Notes: generated by a model from the letters alone, not told the origin. A DNA stretch of 32,000 nt from Pirellula staleyi DSM 6068 (GCA_000025185.1 CP001848.1:1320001-1352000); one strand, 5' to 3'; counted from the stretch's first letter, positions 9,316-17,384 are shown. Made by a program: numbers and translations.

Positions 9316-10742
9316 GCCAGGTCCTCCTGCAGGAAGCGATTGCCGCTGGCAATGGCATCGATGTTACTGACCGGACCGGTGGCGATTTCGCCAGTGAGTG
9401 CGCGCTGCGTGAAGAGCTTGTCGGAGAGTTCGATTCCGACTTCCTTCAGCCGTTTCGCAAAGTTCGGCTTGATGCCGGTGGCATAGAAGTGACCGCGAGC
9501 AATGCCGCGATCATCGATGCCCGACTGCTGGAAGCCAAACAAGTCTTGAATAACGTAGTCGCCACTTTCGAGCGCTGTGATTTCCGAGATTCGCATCACC
9601 CGGCGCACACCCCCCTTGAGGCGCGACAGGTGCACTACCAGCGTCACCGCCGAAGCGATGTAGCGTCGCACCACGGGAACCGGCAGATCGAAGCCAGCCA
9701 TGCTGACCATCACTTCGAGTCGGCTGAGGGCGTCGCGCGTGTCGTTGGCGTGAATCGTCGACATCGAACCTTCGTGGCCCGTGTTCATCGCCTGGAGCAT
9801 ATCAAGCGCTTCACCACCACGAACTTCTCCCAGGATGATCCGGTCGGGACGCATGCGGAGGGCGTTGCGAACCAGGTCGCGCTGCGAAATTTCCGAAGCT
9901 CCTTCCGCGCTCTTCGGGCGCGTTTCGAGCTTCACCACATGCTTCCGCTGCAGCAAAAGTTCGGCCGAATCTTCGATCGTCACCAGTCGCTCGCCACCCG
10001 GAATGAAACGCGACAGGTTGTTCAGCATCGTGGTCTTACCGCTACCGGTACCACCGCTGATCATGATATTGATGCGACCTTCGATCGCCGCTTCGAGCAG
10101 CTCAAGCATCTCGGGACAAATGCTGCCGCGCGTCAGCAGATCGTTCACTTGCAAAGGTCGATGGCCGAATCGGCGAATCGACAACACCGGTCCACCGAGG
10201 GCCAGTGGTGGAATGATTGCGTTCACACGCGAGCCGTCGGGCAAGCGGGCATCGCACATCGGCGAGTGCTCGTCGATACGACGTCCGACCCGGGCCACAA
10301 CGCGCTGGATGATTTGCAGCAAATGCTCTTCATCGGCGAAAACGGTGTTCGTCTCTTGCAAACGCCCCAGACGTTCGACGTACACTTCGTGCGGGCCATT
10401 CACCAGGATATCGGTGACGTCGGGGTCCTGCATATAGACTTCGAGAGGACCCAGGCCGAACGATTCGGCAATCAGTTCCTCGACGAGGCGTTCTTCGTCG
10501 ATCGCAGGGAGCTTGCGGCTGCGGGTCCGGAGCATCGTCTCGGCCAGCCGGCGAATATCTTCGCGAAGTTCTTCGTCCGAGAGACCAGCCAAGCGCGACA
10601 GATCGAGCGAATCGAGCAGCTCGCGATGGATGCCCGTCTTCAGCCGTTGAAATTCCGATTCAACAGTCTCGCCATGCATCATTGCATCGGCTTGACCATT
10701 GCCGTTTTTCTCACCGGCTGGGCGGAATGATTGAAGGAACAT
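9312..10742 (-). CDS. cpaF: Tad pilus secretion ATPase CpaF/TadA (T2SS-E / VirB11-like)
   Basis: Walker A 'ISGGTGSGKTTMLN', 'LVTIEDSAEL', Walker B/His box 'RPDRIILGEVRGGEALDMLQAMNTGHEGSMSTIHAN', and a CpaF-type N-terminal domain. Confidence 0.95.
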   Translation of the reverse strand: MFLQSFRPAGEKNGNGQADAMMHGETVESEFQRLKTGIHRELLDSLDLSRLAGLSDEELREDIRRLAETMLRTRSRKLPAIDEERLVEELIAESFGLGPLEVYMQDPDVTDILVNGPHEVYVERLGRLQETNTVFADEEHLLQIIQRVVARVGRRIDEHSPMCDARLPDGSRVNAIIPPLALGGPVLSIRRFGHRPLQVNDLLTRGSICPEMLELLEAAIEGRINIMISGGTGSGKTTMLNNLSRFIPGGERLVTIEDSAELLLQRKHVVKLETRPKSAEGASEISQRDLVRNALRMRPDRIILGEVRGGEALDMLQAMNTGHEGSMSTIHANDTRDALSRLEVMVSMAGFDLPVPVVRRYIASAVTLVVHLSRLKGGVRRVMRISEITALESGDYVIQDLFGFQQSGIDDRGIARGHFYATGIKPNFAKRLKEVGIELSDKLFTQRALTGEIATGPVSNIDAIASGNRFLQEDLA

Positions 10743-10840
10743 GCTCTCTACTCCTGGCGATCGGTGCCGAGCGGCGGCGACAGCTCGTGCGAACGTTGAC
10801 GTGTATGCTGGGGTTGAATCAGTGAAGTTGCAGGCTTGGT

Positions 10841-12073
10841 TTATCGAGTCAGTCGGACTTTGTGGATGTAGGTGTTTTCCGGGACGATCGTGCTGGTACT
10901 GTCGCGGTAGCTCGTCACCACGGTACGGTGGATGAGGAACTCCGGCTCCAGTCGAACGCGAAGTCGATCGCCGAGCATGGTCGATTCGATGGCGACATCG
11001 AGGACGCGAGCAGCGATGAAGCCGATCACTTCCACCGAGCCGGGCGAAGCAGCATCGTAGATCGGAAAAACGCGGCGCGGATCGCTCGAGGCAATCACAT
11101 CGAGGAAGGCATCTTCGAGGTTGCCAGCGACCGAGCTATTCACTTCCGCTTCGGCGGCTAGATCCATCGGATCAGCCTCCGTGGCAGGCCCGAGTCCACC
11201 AGGGGCGACACTCGCGGCGAGCACGCCACTGCGAATTTGATTGGCTAAGTTGGTTGTGAGAAACGGCAGGTTTTCGTTCAGATTGACGAAGGCACCATTG
11301 GTGACCACCGTTCCGGCGTCGACCTGGATGATCACGTCGAGTTCGGGACGGTTGTTAGCGTTGCTGTCGTTCGGGGCGCTCGTGCGATCGACGAACCAGG
11401 CGTCGCTCGAGATCGCCAGTGGCGCGACCGGGGAAGCGATGCTCGACGTCGGGCGGAAGCCGATCACGCGGCTGTCGAGTGTCGCGTAGCTCGTACCTTC
11501 GATCGTCGCCGCTTCAGGAGAACCCCAGCCACGAATGATCAGGTTCACCGGATTGGCGCCCGATGCTTCGCGAGCAACGTTCACCATCAAGGTGTTGGCC
11601 CGTTGTCCGGCAACGATGGTGTTGTCGAAGTTAGCGCCATACGGTGGGCTGCTGGCATCTTCAATGCGGGCAGCAAGAACCGTGAGATCACTCGGAGCAT
11701 TCACCCGCAGGGGCTCGCCACTCACGGCATTGTGCCGAGCGATCAGCCCGGTCAGTGGGGCGTCGAGCAGCGTGCGAGCAGCGGACAAATCGTCGGCCTG
11801 GTTGTAAGCCGGTGGAGCGGGAAAATCTTCGAGCTGCGCGTCGTCGAGCAGCTCGTGGGCGGCACTGTAGGAGAGTGTCGTGACGAGTTCTTGCGTTCGT
11901 TGACGAGCCAGGTTGAGGTAGGTCCAGTTCACCACCAGCAGCATCGTGACGATGCCGACAGTGATCAGCAGCACGGCCGAGACGCTCGCATACCCGCGCT
12001 TCCGAAGAGCGCGAGGCAGCTGGCTGCATCGACAGCAGTCTCGGTCTTTCGTGCTAGGGTGACGATGCATCAT
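10841..12073 (-). CDS. TadG-like pilus-assembly protein / pseudopilin (N-terminal TadE/G-like anchor)
   Basis: N-terminus RKRGYASVSAVLLITVGIVTMLLVVNWTYLNLARQRTQELVTTLSYSAAHELLDD resembles the 'putative Flp pilus-assembly TadG-like' anchor, followed by a large beta-rich extracytoplasmic part. It sits between cpaB and cpaF. Confidence 0.6.
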   Translation of the reverse strand: MMHRHPSTKDRDCCRCSQLPRALRKRGYASVSAVLLITVGIVTMLLVVNWTYLNLARQRTQELVTTLSYSAAHELLDDAQLEDFPAPPAYNQADDLSAARTLLDAPLTGLIARHNAVSGEPLRVNAPSDLTVLAARIEDASSPPYGANFDNTIVAGQRANTLMVNVAREASGANPVNLIIRGWGSPEAATIEGTSYATLDSRVIGFRPTSSIASPVAPLAISSDAWFVDRTSAPNDSNANNRPELDVIIQVDAGTVVTNGAFVNLNENLPFLTTNLANQIRSGVLAASVAPGGLGPATEADPMDLAAEAEVNSSVAGNLEDAFLDVIASSDPRRVFPIYDAASPGSVEVIGFIAARVLDVAIESTMLGDRLRVRLEPEFLIHRTVVTSYRDSTSTIVPENTYIHKVRLTR

Positions 12074-12141
12074 GGCGAGTGGCTACTGATTCAAAAGTGC
12101 TAGAAAAACTGGGTAAAACCTGTTGCTAGGCGCTCGAGCGA

Positions 12142-13134
12142 CTACTGCACGTTGGCGGTCGAGATCGAGCGGGTGTTCTTCACGCCGCTGGGAACAGCGG
12201 TCGTTTCGGGGGTGCTCGAGGTGTTAGCGGGGGCCATGGGCTCGCCGCTGGCAGCCCGCGATTCACGCACGCGATCGTCGCTCATTTCCACGACGCTCAC
12301 ATTGCCGCCGCTCCACTTTTCCACCATGAACTTGCGTGGGGTCGGTGGCACAGGAACTTCCTTGAGGCCGAGCAGTTGGCGACGGGTGATGCTGTCGACC
12401 GTGTCGTCGGCTGGCGCTTCAGCGGCGCTGCAGAGCGAAACGCTCAGCACACCGGTCTTCTGGGCGACCATCAGCTTGTTGGCGTCGGCAGGGAGCACGG
12501 CGACAGTGATCGAGTCACCGGAGCGAGGCTGATCGCGACGCTTGTCGAGCACGATCGGATTGCCAGCAGCGGCGTCGACCACCATCACATCCTTCATCAG
12601 GGTGCGGGTGAGAACTTCGCCCAGGTCGGGGTGGGTCCCTTCGACCGTCATGCTGATGTCGACGAGATCACCTTCAGAGAGTCGCTTGCCACCCGCATCG
12701 ACGTTCATCGCTTCGATCGTCACGGCGCGATAGCCAGCAGGAATACGTTCGGCCAGTGGTGGCAAACCTTCGCCGATGCCGAGCAGGTACTCTTCACGCA
12801 TCACTTGACCGGCAGGAAGTGCCCGGTTGGTGATCCGGCCTTGAGCGGTCGCGGGACCTTTCATGATCGTTTCGAGCTTGGGGAACGTCTTGGGGACGAA
12901 CACCACCTCGACATCGTCGGCGGTCACCAGCGTGTGCTTGGGGAGGTTGTGCTTGGCAATCACGATCCGAATTCCTGGATCAGGAATCGGCGCGGGAGCG
13001 GGTGGAACCGGGGCGACCACTTTGGCGACGACCGGTGGTTTTTGCAGCGACTGACGCACGATGTAGGCGGCCACAAGGCCGAGCACAATCGCCATCACAC
13101 CAAAGGTGACGGTTGCGGGACTAATGCGTTTCAC
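12142..13134 (-). CDS. cpaB: Flp pilus assembly protein CpaB/RcpC (SAF + RcpC domains)
   Basis: N-terminal TM (VTFGVMAIVLGLVAAYIV), then a SAF-like segment (IVIAKHNLPKHTLVTADDVEVVFVP...ALPAGQVMREEYL) and an RcpC-like segment (IPAGYRAVTIEAMNVDAGGKRLSEGDLVDISMTV). Confidence 0.88.
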   Translation of the reverse strand: MKRISPATVTFGVMAIVLGLVAAYIVRQSLQKPPVVAKVVAPVPPAPAPIPDPGIRIVIAKHNLPKHTLVTADDVEVVFVPKTFPKLETIMKGPATAQGRITNRALPAGQVMREEYLLGIGEGLPPLAERIPAGYRAVTIEAMNVDAGGKRLSEGDLVDISMTVEGTHPDLGEVLTRTLMKDVMVVDAAAGNPIVLDKRRDQPRSGDSITVAVLPADANKLMVAQKTGVLSVSLCSAAEAPADDTVDSITRRQLLGLKEVPVPPTPRKFMVEKWSGGNVSVVEMSDDRVRESRAASGEPMAPANTSSTPETTAVPSGVKNTRSISTANVQ

Positions 13135-13216
13135 GAGAGCCTCTCCTCAAAACTGATGCAGCAAGTTGTTCAGAGTTGTTTCAAAAGTTGTTCAAAGGTG
13201 GGACGGAACTTGTTCA

Positions 13217-13720
13217 CTATTCTTTGAATGTTACGTACGTGGTTGACAATTCTTTGCCAGCGATCGAGATGCCAAAGAACGTAAGCAAATCTGGTGCCGC
13301 TTTATCCATCGGAACGTTCACTGTCACGCTAACCCTGGTGCCACTAGGAGCTGCGGCGAGCAGAGCACCGGTGGGATCAGCGGCGCCGTTCACAAAAAGC
13401 AACACTTCGCGGTTGTTTCGCCACGTGTAGCGGGCCAAAGCGGCGTCGATCGCCCCTTCGACACTCGCCCGGGTCGAGCTGGCTAGCGCTGCTTCGCGAG
13501 CGCCGTGATTCGTCGCGGCTGCGACCCCTTGGCTGTTCATCAGCAGGATGCCGAACTCGACAATCGCCAGCAGCAGCACGAGCAGGATCGGCAGCACCAT
13601 GATCAATTCGATCGAGAGTGCAGCGCCGAGGCGCGAGCGCTGGCGGCGCGCTGCGGGAGCGGCTGAGCGTGGGCTCGAGTTGTGCGAGGCTTTGTTCATG
13701 ATGTTCATTGTTTTTCTCAT
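13217..13720 (-). CDS. TadE-like pseudopilin
   Basis: TadE-type N-terminus 'SRLGAALSIELIMVLPILLVLLLAIVEFGILLMN'. The track ORF (to 14062) overlaps the peptidase gene in another frame. In-frame ATGs at 13720, 13708 and 13699 lie just after the peptidase stop (13738). Confidence 0.8.
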   Translation of the reverse strand: MRKTMNIMNKASHNSSPRSAAPAARRQRSRLGAALSIELIMVLPILLVLLLAIVEFGILLMNSQGVAAATNHGAREAALASSTRASVEGAIDAALARYTWRNNREVLLFVNGAADPTGALLAAAPSGTRVSVTVNVPMDKAAPDLLTFFGISIAGKELSTTYVTFKE

Positions 13721-13737
13721 CCGTCCGAGACGTCGGG

Positions 13738-14271
13738 TCACGCCGGGCGCACCACCAGCCAGGTCATCACCAGCACGGTGGCAATCGCCACAGGCACGCC
13801 GAACGGCAACACCCGTTTCACACGTCGAGGAGTTTCCCCTTCGGCGGCCACGTTCTGACCACCACTGCCACTGTTGAGATACTGCCCGCGAGCACGCGAG
13901 AAGCCGTGCGACATGGCGGTGATGGTCATCACGCCGATGGCCATCACGCAGGCGAGACCCACGGCAATTGCAAAGATCACCAGGATGGTGAGCGGGCCGG
14001 TCCAGGCACCTAGTGCGGCGAGAAGTTTCACGTCCCCCATGCCGCCGCCACCGAGTAGCCAAGGCAACAGCAGGAGCGAAAAGCCGATGGCAAAGCCAGC
14101 CACGGAAAGGAGCGGTCCCACACCGGCGGGAGCCAGGCTGCTATAGAGAAGACCGAGCACGGCGGCCGGAACTGTCAGCCAGTTCGGGATCTTACGCGTG
14201 CGATAGTCGAGCACTGCTGCGGCAATGGTAAATGCAGCAGCTAGCGCGGCCAGATCGTAGGCTCCACTCAT
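13738..14271 (-). CDS. cpaA: Prepilin peptidase CpaA/TadV (A24 aspartic peptidase)
   Basis: Two catalytic-Asp contexts typical of A24 peptidases ('AAVLDYRTRKIPNWL' and 'GGGGMGDVKLLAALG') in a polytopic membrane protein. The ATG at 14271 (MSGAYDLAALAAAF...) is preferred over the 14460 track start, whose extension is Arg/Ser-rich and non-protein-like. Confidence 0.85.
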   Translation of the reverse strand: MSGAYDLAALAAAFTIAAAVLDYRTRKIPNWLTVPAAVLGLLYSSLAPAGVGPLLSVAGFAIGFSLLLLPWLLGGGGMGDVKLLAALGAWTGPLTILVIFAIAVGLACVMAIGVMTITAMSHGFSRARGQYLNSGSGGQNVAAEGETPRRVKRVLPFGVPVAIATVLVMTWLVVRPA

Positions 14272-14519
14272 GGTTGTGCGGCCTTCTCTTGAAAAAAACG
14301 CTTGGATTAAACGTGACGCACCCCTGCCAAGGGCACTCGGCCCGCGCAGCGATCGCGCCGCTGAGATCTTCCGGCAATCCACCGATCGCCTTGGTTCAGC
14401 ATGCCCGCTGTTTTCTGTTGCGATTCCCGGTCGCTTCAGAAAAACCCCGAATTCGCTCAATCCACCCGTGTTATCTCAAGCAAGTGCTCGTTGAGAAGCA
14501 CCGGCCCACTCTGCACGCT

Positions 14520-14673
14520 CACTGCTGGACAAGCCAGCAGTGCCACCCGACTTAAAGGTGCCACCCGACTTAGCTGGGCAAGCCAGCTAGTAGCCACCCG
14601 ACTAATTCGGTACCACCCTTAGCTGGACAAGCCAGCGAGTGGCCCATCCGAGCGAGTGGCGATCCACCATCCA
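14520..14673. repeat. Tandem REP-like hairpin repeat block between the last pilin gene and cpaA
   Basis: Three hairpins: CACTGCTGG-acaag-CCAGCAGTG (14520-14542), TAGCTGG-gcaag-CCAGCTA (14571-14589) and GCTGG-acaag-CCAGC (14622-14636). Each is followed by T(G/A)(G)CCACCC(GAC)TTA-type units (four copies). The block begins immediately after the flp-a stop codon (14674-14676). Confidence 0.75.
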
Positions 14674-14973
14674 CTAGTTATCAAAGCCCGAGGAGATACC
14701 TGGCACCGAAAAATCGCGGTCGCATTCGGAGAAGGTATGTCCGGGGTCGTCGTATTCGCTAGGGTCAATCAGTCCTGGAACGCCGGCGAACGAGTACGAC
14801 TGGTCAAACGCCAGGAGCGCTTGGGCCGTGTCGCCGAGTTCGTCGATGATCGCGTCGCGAGCACCAGCAATGCCACTCACGATTCCGATCACCAGCACCA
14901 CCACCAGGATGGTCCATTCGAACGTCAGGACGCCGTCGTCATCGGTCCAAACTTTTTTGAGCAGCTGTGTCAT
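14674..14973 (-). CDS. flp: Flp-family (type IVc) prepilin paralog a, 99 aa, with C-terminal extension
   Basis: MTQLLKKVWTDDDG|VLTFEWTILVVVLVIGIVSGIAGARDAIIDELGD... The Flp-type leader ends in Gly, the mature N-terminus has Glu at +5 and an aromatic at +6 (compare G|XXXXEY), then a hydrophobic helix. The ATG at 14973 is chosen by alignment with the paralogs. Confidence 0.85.
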   Translation of the reverse strand: MTQLLKKVWTDDDGVLTFEWTILVVVLVIGIVSGIAGARDAIIDELGDTAQALLAFDQSYSFAGVPGLIDPSEYDDPGHTFSECDRDFSVPGISSGFDN

Positions 14974-15075
14974 CGCGGTTCTTCTTTCGATCGAGCTACG
15001 TTGCGTTTCCACCTCATCGGCCTCACGTGTGTGGCCTCGGTGCATCACGCACCTGGGCAACCCACATTGGTCCGA

Positions 15076-15420
15076 CTAGCCCCCGTCGGTCGCATCTTCC
15101 ACAGATTCTGGATTCTGGCCGGGAAGGTTGGTTTCCTCATTGCGGGTGCAGTCGAGGTACAGGTTCACATCGTCAGTCGCTTCATCGAATTCACTCGCAG
15201 GCGATTCAAATACGCCCGTGATGGTGATTCCGGCGAGGCTGTAGCTTTGATCGAAGTTCACGGCAGCTTGGGCCACGTCGCCAAGTTCGTCGATAATGGC
15301 ATCTCGAGCACCTGCTAGTCCACCAACGATGCCGATCGTCAGCAGCGTCAGCAGCAAGGTCCACTCGAAGGAGAGAACGCCATCGTCTTCTCGCACCATT
15401 TGGCTCAGTAGCTTTTGCAT
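15076..15420 (-). CDS. flp: Flp-family prepilin paralog b, 114 aa, with C-terminal extension
   Basis: MQKLLSQMVREDDG|VLSFEWTLLLTLLTIGIVGGLAGARDAIIDELGDVAQAAVNFDQSY...LDCTRNEETNLPGQNPESVEDATDGG. Confidence 0.88.
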   Translation of the reverse strand: MQKLLSQMVREDDGVLSFEWTLLLTLLTIGIVGGLAGARDAIIDELGDVAQAAVNFDQSYSLAGITITGVFESPASEFDEATDDVNLYLDCTRNEETNLPGQNPESVEDATDGG

Positions 15421-15538
15421 GACACGAAACTCTTCTCTGTTTAGGAGGATAGGCCGTAAAACGTGAGCTTTACGGCAATTTTTCTTAAATCATGGAGCCC
15501 GGAGCGGAGAGGCTCCTGGCTGCATAGCCCGCATGGTT

Positions 15539-15570
15539 GTTGCGATTGTGCCACGTGGCATCATCGCAAC
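15539..15570. promoter_or_regulatory. 32-bp near-perfect palindrome in the predicted flp-b leader
   Basis: GTTGCGATTG-TGCCACGTGGCA-TCATCGCAAC. The outer arms GTTGCGAT/ATCGCAAC are perfect, as is the central 12-bp palindrome TGCCACGTGGCA. It lies between the candidate -24/-12 element (15601-15617) and the flp-b ATG (15420). Confidence 0.5.
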
Positions 15571-15600
15571 CGAGTCGCGGCTCGCTCTTCATGCGGTAAG

Positions 15601-15617
15601 AGCAAGCCGTGTACCAA
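15601..15617 (-). promoter_or_regulatory. Candidate sigma54 (-24/-12) promoter of flp-b
   Basis: Minus strand TTGGTACACGGCTTGCT versus consensus YTGGCACG-N4-TTGCW. GG and GC are at the correct 10-nt spacing, the -12 TTGC is perfect, and the -24 element has one mismatch. Confidence 0.5.
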
Positions 15618-15649
15618 TCGCTCGATCTCGCGGGGAGATCGCGGCGACA

Positions 15650-15997
15650 TTAGCCCCCGTCAATCGAGTCTTCCACGATCTGTGGCACTTGACCGGGGAG
15701 GTTCGTTTCGACGTTACGTGTGCAGTCGATGAAGAGGAACGCGTCTTCGAACGCCGAGTCACTAGCTGTACTGGTGGTGGCGGCGTGCACGATCACTTCC
15801 AGCGGGAAGTCGATGGTGTACGACTGGTCGACGGCGAGCATCGCTTCCGACACGTCACCGAGTTCGTCGATGATGGCGTCGCGAGCACCGGCCAGGCCGC
15901 TCACAATGCCGATCGTCAGCAGCGTGACGAGCATCACCCATTCGAACGACAGCACGCCGTCGTCTTCGGCCCAAATCGCTTGTACAAGCTTGTTCAT
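15650..15997 (-). CDS. flp: Flp-family prepilin paralog c, 115 aa, with C-terminal extension
   Basis: MNKLVQAIWAEDDG|VLSFEWVMLVTLLTIGIVSGLAGARDAIIDELGDVSEAMLAVDQSYTIDFPLEVIVHAATTSTASDSAF...IDCTRNVETNLPGQVPQIVEDSIDGG. Start at the ATG at 15997 by paralog alignment. Confidence 0.88.
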   Translation of the reverse strand: MNKLVQAIWAEDDGVLSFEWVMLVTLLTIGIVSGLAGARDAIIDELGDVSEAMLAVDQSYTIDFPLEVIVHAATTSTASDSAFEDAFLFIDCTRNVETNLPGQVPQIVEDSIDGG

Positions 15998-16141
15998 TGC
16001 AAAATCTTCCCGTGTGTGTGAAGTAATCGGTTGGTGTCCCATTTCCCGGATGGGTGGTGCCTCGTTGCACCCGTCGTTGCACATGCTGTGGCAGATTCCT
16101 TTGCCCCAGTCTTGGCAAGCTGCATTGCCCGTCGCCGCGCG

Positions 16142-16158
16142 AGCTGGCCTAGTGCCAC
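16142..16158 (-). promoter_or_regulatory. Candidate sigma54 (-24/-12) promoter of flp-c
   Basis: Minus strand GTGGCACTAGGCCAGCT. The -24 TGGCAC is perfect and GC is at the correct spacing, but the -12 element is weak (CAGC rather than TTGC). Confidence 0.4.
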
Positions 16159-16199
16159 TTCGCGACTGCGGACAAGGCAGTCTCGCACCGCAAAAATCG

Positions 16200-16532
16200 C
16201 TAGTTCGGACTGTTGCTGTTCACAACTTGCTGAGGAGCGCCGGTGGCACGTCCGCAGTCGCTGTAGACAATGTTGTCGGTGAATCCCGAGTCGCTGGCAG
16301 CGCCGGTCGAATCGCCATCGATCACAAATCCGAGGGGATAGTCGATCGTGTACGAATCGTCGAGGGCGAGCATCGCTTCGGCCGCATCACCAAGTTCGTC
16401 GATGATGGCGTCGCGAGCGGCAGCCACGCCGGTGACGATGCCAATCACCAGGACGGTGAGGAGGAGCGTCCATTCGTAGGCGAGCATGCCACTTTCGTCG
16501 TTCCACATCTGCTGGAGCAGTTGCTTGTGCAT
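16200..16532 (-). CDS. flp: Flp-family prepilin paralog d, 110 aa, with C-terminal extension
   Basis: MHKQLLQQMWNDESG|MLAYEWTLLLTVLVIGIVTGVAAARDAIIDELGDAAEAMLALDDSYTIDYPLGFVIDGDSTGAASDSGF...SDCGRA... Confidence 0.88.
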   Translation of the reverse strand: MHKQLLQQMWNDESGMLAYEWTLLLTVLVIGIVTGVAAARDAIIDELGDAAEAMLALDDSYTIDYPLGFVIDGDSTGAASDSGFTDNIVYSDCGRATGAPQQVVNSNSPN

Positions 16533-16700
16533 CGCTAGTTGATCTCGCTACGAAAAACCAAGGAATTCAGGCTGTTTTTGAGCTTCGGCGAGCGGGCTCG
16601 GGGCTCGAAAGCGACCAAGCCCACTCGTTGTGAAGCAGGGGTTCGGCGACGGTGAGATCGCCGAACAGCGTTTCAATTGCTGACCTAAGTCAGCTGACAA

Positions 16701-17048
16701 TTAGTTGCCACCGACCGAGTCGAGAACTGGCGAAGGAACCTGACCGGCTTGGTCAGCAGCGCTGTTACGTCCGCAATCGGTGAACGTGAAGGCGTCAACA
16801 AAGGCCGAGTCCGAAGCGGTGCTGGTCGTTGGAGCGTGAACGATAACTTCGAGAGGGAAGTCGATCGTGTACGATTGGTCGAGAGCCAACATGGCTTCTG
16901 CAACGTCGCCCAATTCGTCGATGATCGCATCACGGGCGCCAGCGAGGCCCGAAACGATGCCGATCGTGAGGAGGGTCACGAGGAGGACCCATTCGAAGGA
17001 AAGGACGCCGTCCTCTTCCTTCCACATACGTGCGAAACAATTCTTCAT
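16701..17048 (-). CDS. flp: Flp-family prepilin paralog e, 115 aa, with C-terminal extension
   Basis: MKNCFARMWKEEDG|VLSFEWVLLVTLLTIGIVSGLAGARDAIIDELGDVAEAMLALDQSYTIDFPLEVIVHAPTTSTASDSAF...TDCGRN... Start at the ATG at 17048 by paralog alignment. Confidence 0.88.
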   Translation of the reverse strand: MKNCFARMWKEEDGVLSFEWVLLVTLLTIGIVSGLAGARDAIIDELGDVAEAMLALDQSYTIDFPLEVIVHAPTTSTASDSAFVDAFTFTDCGRNSAADQAGQVPSPVLDSVGGN

Positions 17049-17162
17049 CCGAAACTCCTTGTACCTGATACCTGAAAACACGTGTGTGGTTTGGAGATAC
17101 AGTCTCCGCGCCACGCCGTCCCCCTTGTTGTGCCCAAAGAGACGGCTTTCGACGCACGCTCT

Positions 17163-17180
17163 ATGCAGGGGACGTGCCAA
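17163..17180 (-). promoter_or_regulatory. Candidate sigma54 (-24/-12) promoter of flp-e
   Basis: Minus strand TTGGCACGTCCCCTGCAT versus YTGGCACG-N4-TTGCW. The only mismatch is the first T of the -12 element. It lies about 117 nt upstream of the flp-e ATG. Confidence 0.6.
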
Positions 17181-17384
17181 GAGCAAGTATTTAACTGGAG
17201 ATTTCTGGGTGAGCGCTGGCTAAGTGTTGTGCGCCAATCACTTACAGCATTTTGGCGGCTGGCCCCAAGCTGGTTGCACTTCAGCAACCATGTTGCGAGC
17301 GCGAAACACGCGATGTTTAGCGCGTGAAGCAGAATGTAAGCATCGTGGTGCGCCAGGCCGGGGATGTTCAGCTCGCCAGGCGCG

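Noticed and set aside
9489-10730. 413-aa plus-strand ORF (and the nested 9781-10437 ORF)
   Set aside because: Antisense to cpaF/tadA, which carries complete secretion-ATPase motifs. The composition is non-protein-like (His/Arg/Gln-rich).
12376-13227. 283-aa plus-strand ORF
   Set aside because: Antisense to cpaB, whose frame shows the N-terminal TM and SAF/RcpC features. No motifs appear in the antisense translation.
13721-14062. 5' extension of the TadE-like ORF (the track gives 13217-14062, 281 aa)
   Set aside because: The extension overlaps the prepilin peptidase gene in another frame and is Arg/His/Cys-rich. The TadE-type N-terminus begins only after the ATG cluster at 13699-13720, immediately downstream of the peptidase stop.
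14272-14460. 5' extension of the prepilin peptidase ORF, and the long N-terminal extensions of flp a, c, e and f in the track
   Set aside because: Alignment of the six pilins fixes their starts at M-(x)12-13-G. The extensions are not conserved between paralogs and have non-coding composition. The peptidase aligns from MSGAYDLAAL...
14520-14673. Possibility that the tandem hairpin repeats are a small CRISPR array
   Set aside because: There are only three degenerate repeats with unequal spacing, 'spacers' that are themselves repeated (CCACCCGACTTA units), no cas genes and no leader. A REP-like element fits better.
14974-15075. Sigma54-type promoter for flp-a, and likewise for flp-d in 16533-16700
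   Set aside because: Only bare GG-N10-GC matches were found (GGGTTGcccagGTGC; TTGGTCgctttCGAGC), without a TGG[CT]AC box. Such minimal matches are expected by chance, and these genes may be co-transcribed with b and e.
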